A stretch of 32,000 bases of DNA from contig NZ_CP074694.1 of assembly GCF_018398935.1 (NCBI RefSeq), forward strand, positions 5,730,001 through 5,762,000. The letters run 5' to 3'. Positions 16,762 through 24,354 of the stretch are shown in pieces (position 1 is the first letter of the stretch; each line of letters opens with the position of its first letter). Below the pieces are notes generated by a model. The model was not told the DNA's origin. It made no database searches and worked only from the letters and a program-made list of their open reading frames with translations. This DNA comes from Telmatocola sphagniphila (GTDB lineage Bacteria > Planctomycetota > Planctomycetia > Gemmatales > Gemmataceae). The position numbers and the translations under genes were made by a program.

Positions 16762-17846
16762 ATGAAAGTCGCGCTGCCAATCTTACTTTCTGACGAGGAA
16801 CGACAAACTTTGACTTCTTGGTCTCGGGGACGAAGTACTCCCGCTCGGCTGGTCCTGCGGGCGAAGATCATACTCGCAGCGGCCGCGGGTGTACGGAACA
16901 AGGACATTGCTGAGGAATGCGGCACGTCGAAGCCCACGGTGGCGCGCTGGCGGACCCGATTTGCGAAGCTGCGTTTGGCGGGTATCGAACGGGACGCTTC
17001 GCGGCCGGGTCGAACGCCAGCGATCAGCCGGAAAGTCGTCGAAGAAATTCTCCGCAAGACCACTCAGGAGAAACCATCCGGTGCGACTCATTGGAGCACA
17101 CGAACGATGGCCCAAGAGGTAGGAGTGAGCAAAGCCACCGTGCAGCGGGTCTGGTCGTCCCACGGTCTGAAGCCTCATTTGCATAAGACCTTCAAGGTAT
17201 CGAATGATCCTCAATTCGCCGAGAAACTGTGGGATGTAGTGGGCTTGTACTTGAACCCTCCCGAGCACGCCCTGGTGCTCAGTTGCGATGAGAAGAGTCA
17301 GATACAAGCCCTTGATCGCACGCAAAAAGCTTGCCCATGGTACCCGGCCGTTGCGGCACTCTGACTCACGATTACATGCGTCATGGCACCACCACTCTGT
17401 TCGCGGCTTTGAACGTGGCCGAGGGAATTGTGATTGGCGAGTGCATGCCGCGACATCGACACCAGGAATGGATCAAGTTTCTCAAACGGATCGAGACGGC
17501 CACCGATCCGTCCTTGGATTTGCATTTGATCGTGGATAACTACGCTACGCATAAGCATCCCAAAGTTAAGCGTTGGCTAGCCCGGCATCCTCGATTCCAC
17601 ATGCATTTCATCCCCACGAGTAGTTCCTGGATGAATCTGGTGGAGCGTTGGTTTCGCGACTTGACGGACAAACGACTGCGTCGAGGGACATTTCGAAGCG
17701 TGCCGCAATTAATCCAGGCGATTGAAGGCTACATCGATCATCACAACAACACAGGAAAGGGATTCCAGTGGACCGCCAAAGCCGAGGCTATTCTGGAGAA
17801 AGTCCGCCGGGCGAGGGCTACCTTGGATAAAACACATTCTGTGTGA
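16762..17846 (+). CDS. IS630-family transposase (HTH + DDE_3), two frames joined by a -1 shift near 17324-17330
   Basis: ORF1 (16762-17364) holds the HTH regions and ends ...[20 protein letters not shown]2 (17331-17846) begins [27 protein letters not shown] and contains DNYATHKH and [10 protein letters not shown]. The uninterrupted motif ALDRTQ..LPM.PG....THDY is continuous in intact IS630 transposases. GGAGGAG RBS at 16749-16755, 6 nt upstream of the ATG. Confidence 0.85.
17324..17329 (+). promoter_or_regulatory. Candidate -1 frameshift position in the IS630 transposase (CAAAAAG)
   Basis: A run of 5 A followed by G sits exactly where the two transposase frames must be joined. It could be a programmed slippage site or a 1-nt indel. 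Confidence 0.4.
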
Positions 17847-17850
17847 GACA

Positions 17851-18078
17851 CTACACTAGTTCATTATCCAGCACACCCCGAACGCCGTTGCCGGGAAAGG
17901 CCTTCTCGCCGAGCTTGGTGAGTTCGTCGATCCACCTCTTTATCGTCTGCGAGGTAACACCCAGCGACCTGGCCGCCTCTGCGGCAGACTGACCTGTTAC
18001 AGTCACCAACTCTACGGCGGCTTTCTTGTACTCGGCAGAATACCGCTTACGACGACGCTTGACCTTCAACTTCTCCAT
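17851..18078 (-). pseudogene. IS3-family orfA, N-terminal HTH fragment cut off by the IS630 insertion
   Basis: MEKLKVKRRRKRYSAEYKKAAVELVTVTGQSAAEAARSLGVTSQTIKRWIDEL is the usual IS3 orfA HTH. The native frame resumes at 16689 (ARLRVENDRLRMERDILKKA). The current stop at 17851-17853 (TAG) comes from the inserted IS630 terminus (first base) plus the duplicated TA at 17857-17858. Confidence 0.85.
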
Positions 18079-18103
18079 CCGACACCTCCCAAGTTAGCTT
18101 ATC

Positions 18104-18140
18104 AGCTTAACTCGGTGTCCGTTTTTAGTGGGGAAGTCCA
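18104..18140. repeat. IS3-family terminal inverted repeat (orfA-proximal end)
   Basis: Its reverse complement aligns with 15702-15738. Confidence 0.8.
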
Positions 18141-18275
18141 AAGTGCCATAACTTATAGTTGCACACACTCCTTACAAGTTGCTGCTAGTTGCGTTACAGA
18201 TGATTCTTGAATAATTTTCCTCGAGAGGGATGCTCGCATCTTCGAAGTTCATTAACATAGGCTGCGACAATTCTC

Positions 18276-18914
18276 TCAATTCTCAATCTTTCCACTCGGA
18301 CGATTTTGCATCTCCGCCAACTCGGCTTCGAGTTCACGGATGCGACTACGTAAGGGTTCGAGGAGCGGTACCAATTGTCGTTCCGAATACCGCTTATGGA
18401 TATGCTGCTGGCAGTTGATATCCCACGCTTCGAGAGTAAATAAGATTACTCGTTCTACTCTTCCAGGATAATCGCGATCACGAAGCTTCTCCAGAAGGTT
18501 TGGATCATCCTCGATTACTCGCGCGGTTCCCCACAGTTTCACTCTTTGGCTGTTCGTATAGTCCATAAGGAAAATAAATGCTTTCGGATTCTCCGTAAGG
18601 TCGCCAAGAGTGATGTACTGGCGGTTGCCGCCAAAATCGGCGAAACCGAGTGTCTTTTCGTTTATCACCTTCAGAAATCCCGGCGGTCCACCCCGGTACT
18701 GAATGTAAGGCTGCCCTTCGGAGTTCGCGGTTGCGAGGTAGAACATATCCAAGTCCGCCAGGAATTCCGCGAGTTCAGGAGTAACCGTCGTTTGCCAGCC
18801 TCCTTCCCGCTCCATCCGAGCATAGCTACGCCGGGATCCTTTCTGCTCCTGGATCGCCTTGACTGCCGGAGTGAAAGCGATGTCGCTGGGAAATTTTCGC
18901 ATGAGCCAACCCAT
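18276..18914 (-). CDS. Pyridoxamine 5'-phosphate oxidase-family (FMN-binding split-barrel) protein
   Basis: FYLATANSEGQPYIQYRGGPPGFLKVINEKTLGFADFGGNRQYITLGDLTENPKAFIFLMDY...RVKLWGTARVIEDD is the typical PNPOx-like core. Confidence 0.85.
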   Translation of the reverse strand: MGWLMRKFPSDIAFTPAVKAIQEQKGSRRSYARMEREGGWQTTVTPELAEFLADLDMFYLATANSEGQPYIQYRGGPPGFLKVINEKTLGFADFGGNRQYITLGDLTENPKAFIFLMDYTNSQRVKLWGTARVIEDDPNLLEKLRDRDYPGRVERVILFTLEAWDINCQQHIHKRYSERQLVPLLEPLRSRIRELEAELAEMQNRPSGKIEN

Positions 18915-18940
18915 TCTTTCTGGAATATACCTCTGATTTC

Positions 18941-19102
18941 CTAATCCAAATCGGCATCGGGTATCCCGGACTTTCGGATCGGTTCACCGATACCCGTAAC
19001 CACGCTCCGGGCCGGTGGATCACTGGCAGGAAATGACTCATCCGATGCTAACTGGACCTGATCCTGGGAATCTGGCTGGGGGAGATCATCGATGATATTC
19101 AT
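18941..19102 (-). CDS. Small acidic conserved hypothetical protein with an ESFPASDPP motif (53 aa)
   Basis: I use the internal ATG at 19102 of ORF 18941-19186, which lies 4 nt after the Dps stop. The product is MNIIDDLPQPDSQDQVQLASDESFPASDPPARSV.... I recall the SFPASDPP motif recurring in small bacterial stress-associated proteins. Confidence 0.5.
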   Translation of the reverse strand: MNIIDDLPQPDSQDQVQLASDESFPASDPPARSVVTGIGEPIRKSGIPDADLD

Positions 19103-19106
19103 TGAA

Positions 19107-19709
19107 TCACTTAGTTGAACTCCCATCACTGTAAGTGAAATCCGTATCGGACAAATGTCCGGCGAGGAACCAAACCTGGCTCTCATTCGTGCGTATCACG
19201 TCACTTACAATCAAATCATTTGTTCCGTCATCGCCGGCTTCGGTTGCGCGCTTAGCCATCGCACGTGCTTCCTTGAGCAAGATTTCGTGGGCATGAAGTA
19301 GCCGCGAAATTTGAGCGATGGCCTCCTCGCGTCCCTTTGGTGGGCGCGGAATAAAGGTGATCTCGGCCACATCGGCGCCCATCGCGAGGCTAATTCCCCC
19401 GAGCTTCATGATCCGCTCGGCAATTTCGTCGATCAGTTCATTCTGCTCTTCCGCATGCTTGTCGAAGAGCAAATGGAGTTGATAAAAAGTGGCACCCGAC
19501 GCCTGCCAGTGATGCTTCTTGTATAAGTCGCGGAGAGTGATCGTATCTGCCAGTAACTGGTTCAGGTTGGTCACACCCTCTTTACGAGAACTTTCCGCCA
19601 GGGCGATCGGTATTGGTATCACCGAACCGAAAGCCTGAATTTCATGAGAATGCTGTGCATTTGGAGGCATGCCCGTTCGAACGGTCTTTGCCATAGTGGT
19701 CATCGTCAT
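19107..19709 (-). CDS. dps: Dps-family DNA-protection / ferritin-like protein
   Basis: LNQLLADTITLRDLYKKHHWQASGATFYQLHLLFDKHAEEQNELIDEIAERIMKLGG is the Dps ferroxidase-centre region. GGAGAG RBS lies upstream. The start could instead be M3 or M6. Confidence 0.9.
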   Translation of the reverse strand: MTMTTMAKTVRTGMPPNAQHSHEIQAFGSVIPIPIALAESSRKEGVTNLNQLLADTITLRDLYKKHHWQASGATFYQLHLLFDKHAEEQNELIDEIAERIMKLGGISLAMGADVAEITFIPRPPKGREEAIAQISRLLHAHEILLKEARAMAKRATEAGDDGTNDLIVSDVIRTNESQVWFLAGHLSDTDFTYSDGSSTK

Positions 19710-19900
19710 AACGCTCTCCTACTTGAGTTCAGAAATTACAATCGATCTATTTAAAATTTTCCCGTATAGATCCTGGGTAAATCAGCCTGGGAATCAATAC
19801 TTTCCGATCGCCACTTTTACCTGCTCGCTCATCCACTTCCAGACCTCTTGATCAGCCTTTTTGACTCATTACAATGCCAGCGCAAATCAACATTCTCAGC

Positions 19901-19924
19901 GGAAACATTTCTGAAAATGTTTGC
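19901..19924. repeat. Palindrome GGAAACATTT-CTGA-AAATGTTTGC
   Basis: Perfect 8-bp arms (AAACATTT/AAATGTTT) with a 4-nt spacer, 9/10 if extended. It lies 4 nt past the SDR stop on the minus strand and ~190 nt upstream of dps. It may be a weak terminator or an operator. Confidence 0.35.
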
Positions 19925-19927
19925 AAT

Positions 19928-20668
19928 TCATACCTCGGTCAAACCGCCATCGACGACGAGTTCAGATGCCTGAACATAACTACTCTCGGAAGAGGCGAGA
20001 AAAGCTACGGCACTCGCGATCTCATGAGTAGTGCCGACCCGGCCGAGTGGAATTTGGGGAATGACCGGCTCTAACGACTCAAGCGTAATGCCTGCCAGGT
20101 CGTAGCCAGGAGTCGGTATGTAACCTGGGCTGACGATGTTAAATCGAATGCCTTTTGCTTTTAAGTCAACGGACCACGTGCGGACGAAAGACCGCAGAGC
20201 CGCTTTTGTCGCCGCATACACACCGAAGGCAGGCATCCCCTTTACGCCCGCGATGGATCCGATGATTACCACCGAAGCCCCATTCGGCAGCAAGGGTAAG
20301 GCCTTCTGGACAGTGAAGACTGTTCCTTTAATATTGACGGCAAAGGTGGCATCGAGGTGTTCTTCAGTGTAGGAACCAAAAGGCACAAATTTTCCAGAAC
20401 CTGCGTTGGCGACGACGACGTCCAGTCTGCCCGACGTTTCTTGGATTTGCGCGAACAACCGGTCCAGATCGGCAGGTTTCGTAACGTCACCTTGGATTCC
20501 AATTACGTTCGTGCCGATCTCTTTGATAGCCTCGTCGAGTTCAGCCTGACGGCCGCCGGTGATGAATACGGAAGCCCCTTCCGAAGCCAAAAGTCTCGCC
20601 ATGGTAAGGCCGATGCCGCTGTTACCACCGGCGACGAGCATGAATTTTCTTTCAAAGCGATTGCTCAT
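19928..20668 (-). CDS. SDR-family oxidoreductase (classical, YxxxK present)
   Basis: Contains FMLVAGGNSGIGLTMARLLA (TGxxxGxG-type), NAG, the catalytic dyad in GVYAATKAAL, and PGYIPTP. I chose the ATG at 20668. The longer ORF, starting at 20749, would overlap the upstream gene. Confidence 0.88.
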   Translation of the reverse strand: MSNRFERKFMLVAGGNSGIGLTMARLLASEGASVFITGGRQAELDEAIKEIGTNVIGIQGDVTKPADLDRLFAQIQETSGRLDVVVANAGSGKFVPFGSYTEEHLDATFAVNIKGTVFTVQKALPLLPNGASVVIIGSIAGVKGMPAFGVYAATKAALRSFVRTWSVDLKAKGIRFNIVSPGYIPTPGYDLAGITLESLEPVIPQIPLGRVGTTHEIASAVAFLASSESSYVQASELVVDGGLTEV

Positions 20669-20741
20669 AAAGCTTTCTTTCAGGTTGTCCTTGACGAGGA
20701 ATTCTCGTTTTTCGATGCGATACTCCCCAATCCAATCCCTG

Positions 20742-21458
20742 TTAGGCAATCACACCGCCCCCATCCACACGGACGGTCGATCCCGTCGCAAAGGATGTCG
20801 TCATCAGAAACAGAACAGCATTTGCGATGTCTTCTGGTCGGCCGATTTTGCGGACCGGCAGCTTAGAGGCCGTAGTCTCAAAGAGGGTTTTACGCTTCTC
20901 CGGAGATAGGTCGTCCCAGAGCGGCGACTCGATTAATCCCGGGGAAACGGAATTAACACGAATGGGAGCAAATTCCAAAGCCAGACCGCGAGCGAGAGAT
21001 TCTAAAGCCGCGTTGATGGCTCCTTGTAGTACGGATGTTGCTGAGGGCCGCTCACTCAGGAATCCGGAGATGAAAGTCAACGAGCCGCGGTCGCAGAAGC
21101 GGGCAACCCGAGCGACGCGATAAGCTCCCCAGAACTTGCTCGCGACGGAAGCTTCAGCATCGGCAAGACTCAAGCTACCTATCGGACCGCTCTTCGTTTG
21201 AGCAGCAGAGATCAATATGTGATCCCAGGGTTGTTCTCGTTGAAAGTAACTTTCGAGGAAATTGTTGTCACCCGTGTCGAGGATAACCGTTTGGGGAGCA
21301 TTATCTAGTTTTGCGGCCGCAGCATCGAGCTTGTCTTGGTTGCGAGAGGCGATGGTAACGGAAGCTCCCGCCTTTACGGCTGCCTCAGCTGTCGCCAACC
21401 CAATTCCCGAACTACCGCCGATTATTAGAACGCGCTGCCCATTTAGAGATTTCATCAT
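20742..21458 (-). CDS. SDR-family protein, atypical (catalytic Tyr/Lys replaced)
   Basis: VLIIGGSSGIGLATAEAAVKAGASVTIASRN is the Rossmann motif. VNSVSPGLIESP and the C-terminal TGSTVRVDGG are typical of SDRs. The YxxxK position reads QGAIN. I chose the start at 21458, which has AGGAGA upstream; the ORF extends to 21596. Confidence 0.85.
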   Translation of the reverse strand: MMKSLNGQRVLIIGGSSGIGLATAEAAVKAGASVTIASRNQDKLDAAAAKLDNAPQTVILDTGDNNFLESYFQREQPWDHILISAAQTKSGPIGSLSLADAEASVASKFWGAYRVARVARFCDRGSLTFISGFLSERPSATSVLQGAINAALESLARGLALEFAPIRVNSVSPGLIESPLWDDLSPEKRKTLFETTASKLPVRKIGRPEDIANAVLFLMTTSFATGSTVRVDGGGVIA

Positions 21459-21477
21459 TGTGGCTCTCCTGGCTTGT

Positions 21478-22428
21478 CTAGATACCTTCGCGAATGGTGA
21501 GCGGACTTTGGAGTGCGAATCGGGCGATCTCGTCTTTTCGCATGAAAACGACCCCGGGATGTCTTTGGGCATATTCGATAAATTCTTCCAGAACATGGGT
21601 GCGCGATGGACGGCCCGCTATGCGGTCGTGTGCGCTAACCGACATCATTCGACGTCGTTTCGCCGATTCGGAGTAGAGCATATCGAACTCTCTCTTTAGA
21701 TCGCCGGCAAAGTCCAGCGTGCTGAAATAGCGGCCTTCGAAGTTCACGATGTCGTTCATGTGCAATGTGTAGGGTATAACCGCGAAGGGCTTACCCTTCA
21801 CATCAATTAGAAACGGCTCATCCCGACTTACATCGTCGATGTAATAGAGGAATCCAAGTTCCTGAAGGAGTTCGAGAGTATGCGGTGTTCCCCGGAGCCA
21901 GAATGCATTGAACCCGACAGGTCTGGTTCCCGTAGCTCGTTCAATGCTTGTAATGCTCTGCTTATATGACTCGCGTTCCTGATCGGGAGTCATAGAATAT
22001 TGCGGCGTCCAGGTTTGCCCGTGCCCTGAGGCTTCGTGACCACGTTGCACAATCTCTTTGGCTAGCTGGGGATGAAGGTCGACCGCCGCCCCCACCATGT
22101 GAGAAGTGACTTTCACTTTTCGACGTTCGAACATATCCAGCAGCCGGGGAAGTCCTTCTTTGAAACCGTATTCGTACCACTTGGTAACCGGCAGATCCAA
22201 ATATTTCGGGTCGATCTTAGGCATGGGACTTTCGGCACCACTTGCGGGCTGCGCGCCGCTTTCCATCTGCATCGAGACGGAAATCACTAGGCGAGCGTTA
22301 TCGGGCCAGAATTTTCCTGCGACCTGTTCTTCTGTCCTAAATGCTTGTCCGGGCAGAGTCTCAGGAGCGGCCACACCTGCAACGAGTGCGGAAGTGGCGC
22401 TTGTTTTTAAGAATTTACGACGGTTCAT
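21478..22428 (-). CDS. Polysaccharide deacetylase (CE4 / PuuE-like) family protein with a TAT signal
   Basis: The N-terminus MNRRKFLKTSATSALVAGVAAP carries a twin-arginine signal. The core includes LVISVSMQMESG, GLPRLLDMFERRKVKVTSHMVGAAV, RGHEASGHGQTW and HDRIAGRP. Confidence 0.8.
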   Translation of the reverse strand: MNRRKFLKTSATSALVAGVAAPETLPGQAFRTEEQVAGKFWPDNARLVISVSMQMESGAQPASGAESPMPKIDPKYLDLPVTKWYEYGFKEGLPRLLDMFERRKVKVTSHMVGAAVDLHPQLAKEIVQRGHEASGHGQTWTPQYSMTPDQERESYKQSITSIERATGTRPVGFNAFWLRGTPHTLELLQELGFLYYIDDVSRDEPFLIDVKGKPFAVIPYTLHMNDIVNFEGRYFSTLDFAGDLKREFDMLYSESAKRRRMMSVSAHDRIAGRPSRTHVLEEFIEYAQRHPGVVFMRKDEIARFALQSPLTIREGI

Positions 22429-22519
22429 AGAGGATCACCCATTGTTAGAATTAGCACCGCAATGCATCAGCGGATCGAACTTAATCGCGACGGTACGCCT
22501 CGAACGATTACACCAGTTG

Positions 22520-23488
22520 TTACTTCTTGGTTACATGCTTGCCGAGGAACTCCTTCATCAGCCCCGCGATTTCTTCGCCGTTAGTTTCCAGGGCGAAGTG
22601 CCCGGCATCGAGAAGGTGGTAATGCAGTGTCTTCAAGTCGCGTTTGTAAGGCTCGGCACCGGCTGACGGAAAAATCTGGTCATTTTTTCCCCAGGCGATC
22701 AACATCGGCGGTTGGTACTTGCGGAAATACTCCTGCCAGGAGGGGTAGAGTGGCGGGTTGCTGCCATAATCGAGTAATAAGTCGAGTTGGATCTCATCGT
22801 TTCCCGGGCGGTCCATGAGAAACTGATCGTGGTCGGGACCATCCGGGCTGACGAGGTCAGGGTTCTTCACACCGTGGGTATACTGCCACTTGGTGGCGTC
22901 ATATTTGGTCACGAAGCGAAGTGCGTCCCGCTTTTCCTTGCTCTTCGGATCTTTCCAGTACGCTTTTATCGGCTTCCAGAAATCATTATCGAGCCCTTCG
23001 TCATATGCGTTGCCGTTCTGGACTACGATCGCAGTGATTCGATCCGGATGTTTGACTGCCAGGCGGTAACCGACGGGCGCGCCGTAGTCCTGCACGTAAA
23101 TGGCATACTTACGTAGTCCCATCTTTTCGGTGAACTCGTCGATCACTTTTGCCAAGTTGTCGAACGTGTAACTAAACTTGTCGCGCGACGGCATGGAACT
23201 GTGGCCATAGCCGGGATAGTCCGGCGCGACGACGTGATATTTGTCAGCCAGTGCAGGTATCAAATTGCGGAACATCTGCGAACTGGTGGGAAAACCATGA
23301 AGCAGGAGTAGCGTAGGAGCTTCCTTGGAACCAGCCTCCCGGTAGAAGATGTCCAGATCTCCAACCTTGAGAGTTTTGTAGTGTACTTGAGTAGTTTGTT
23401 GAGCGGAAACCGGGTTGTTTGTAAAGACTACCCAGGCGCTAGCCGCGATTAGGAATAAAATTCGCGACGATTTCATTAAACGTTTCAT
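22520..23488 (-). CDS. Secreted alpha/beta hydrolase (epoxide-hydrolase / haloalkane-dehalogenase-like)
   Basis: Sec signal [30 protein letters not shown]. Also present are [38 protein letters not shown], the nucleophile elbow VQDYGAP and a C-terminal GHFALE. Confidence 0.85.
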   Translation of the reverse strand: MKRLMKSSRILFLIAASAWVVFTNNPVSAQQTTQVHYKTLKVGDLDIFYREAGSKEAPTLLLLHGFPTSSQMFRNLIPALADKYHVVAPDYPGYGHSSMPSRDKFSYTFDNLAKVIDEFTEKMGLRKYAIYVQDYGAPVGYRLAVKHPDRITAIVVQNGNAYDEGLDNDFWKPIKAYWKDPKSKEKRDALRFVTKYDATKWQYTHGVKNPDLVSPDGPDHDQFLMDRPGNDEIQLDLLLDYGSNPPLYPSWQEYFRKYQPPMLIAWGKNDQIFPSAGAEPYKRDLKTLHYHLLDAGHFALETNGEEIAGLMKEFLGKHVTKK

Positions 23489-23529
23489 TGATGTACCTCA
23501 AAAGAAGAATATTGTGACTGAGTGTTGGC

Positions 23530-24351
23530 TTAACCTCGTAAGAAGGCGAGCACGTCGGCGTTAACCTGGTCTTTGTGAGTACTGGTGAGACCGTGCGGCG
23601 CACCGGGGTAAATTTTCAGAGTGGAACCTTTGACGATTTTGGAGGACAGCAGCGCTGAAGCGGCGATAGGTACTATCTGATCGTCATCGCCGTGAATAAT
23701 CAGTGTCGGAATGTCGAATTTCTTGAGATCCTCGGTCAAATCGGTCTCGGAAAAGACTTGAATGCAGTCGAAGGCATTCTTGAAACCCGCTTGCATGCCC
23801 TGTAACCAGAAGAAGTCGCGAACCCCCTGCGACACTTTGGCTCCTGCTCGATTGGCCCCATAGAAAGGCCCACTGAGATCTTTAAATAATTGGGAGCGGT
23901 CCGCGAGAAAATTCTTTCGCAATCCATCGAAGACTTCGATGGGCAACCCCCCGGGATTCGCTTTCGTTTTCAGCATCAAAGGGGGAATTGCCCCAATAAG
24001 CACGGCCTTCGAAACACGCTGCGTGCCATGCCGGCCGATATAGCGAGCCACCTCACCGCCACCCGTGGAGTGTCCGATGTGGATGGCGTTTCTGAGATCG
24101 AGAGTTTTCACCAACTCCGCGAGATCGTCCGCATAGGTGTCCATATCGTTGCCGTCCCAGGGTTGACTAGATCGGCCATGGCCGCGACGATCGTGTGCAA
24201 TTACCCGATAGCCATGCTCGGCTAAAAAGTACATTTGATCCTCCCAGGCATCGGCACTCAATGGCCAACCATGGCTGAAAACGACGGCCTGTCCCGAACC
24301 CCAATCCTTGAAGTAGATCTTCGTGCCGTCTTTCGTTTTGAACTCACTCAT
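23530..24351 (-). CDS. Alpha/beta hydrolase, non-haem chloroperoxidase / arylesterase (perhydrolase) family
   Basis: [58 protein letters not shown], the GHSTGGGEV nucleophile motif, [11 protein letters not shown] and PGAPHGL are near-canonical for this family. Confidence 0.9.
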   Translation of the reverse strand: MSEFKTKDGTKIYFKDWGSGQAVVFSHGWPLSADAWEDQMYFLAEHGYRVIAHDRRGHGRSSQPWDGNDMDTYADDLAELVKTLDLRNAIHIGHSTGGGEVARYIGRHGTQRVSKAVLIGAIPPLMLKTKANPGGLPIEVFDGLRKNFLADRSQLFKDLSGPFYGANRAGAKVSQGVRDFFWLQGMQAGFKNAFDCIQVFSETDLTEDLKKFDIPTLIIHGDDDQIVPIAASALLSSKIVKGSTLKIYPGAPHGLTSTHKDQVNADVLAFLRG

Positions 24352-24354
24352 CGC

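Larger units (their letters stand above)
16690..17856 (+). mobile_element. IS630-family insertion sequence (1167 bp) nested inside IS3 orfA
   Basis: Both termini carry GTGTAGTGTC, perfect for 10 bp (16690-16699 and the reverse complement of 17847-17856), with further similarity inward. TA dinucleotides flank both sides (16688-16689 and 17857-17858). Removing the element and one TA restores ...DNELARLRVEN... in IS3 orfA across a CTAG site. Confidence 0.9.
15702..18140 (-). mobile_element. IS3-family insertion sequence, inactivated by a nested IS630-family insertion in orfA
   Basis: Imperfect 37-bp terminal inverted repeats match at 27/37 positions, begin TG... and end ...CA (TGAACCTCCCCA...GGACACGGAGTTAAGCT at 15702-15738 vs TGGACTTCCCCA...GGACACCGAGTTAAGCT on the reverse complement of 18104-18140). 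The element has an orfA HTH fragment, an A7G slippery site and a DDE orfB. I found no clear target duplication. Confidence 0.85.

Noticed and set aside
16783-17325. A 180-aa minus-strand ORF within the IS630 element, and the 16671-17063 minus-strand ORF
   Set aside because: Both are antisense to the well-supported IS630 transposase frame, and the translations are Arg/Ser/Pro-rich shadows.
15699-18143. A target-site duplication flanking the IS3 element
   Set aside because: The flanks read ...TAGAT | IS | AAGTG.... No 3-4 bp direct repeat is present even if the boundaries are shifted by 1 nt, so none is claimed. The element may have been involved in a rearrangement.
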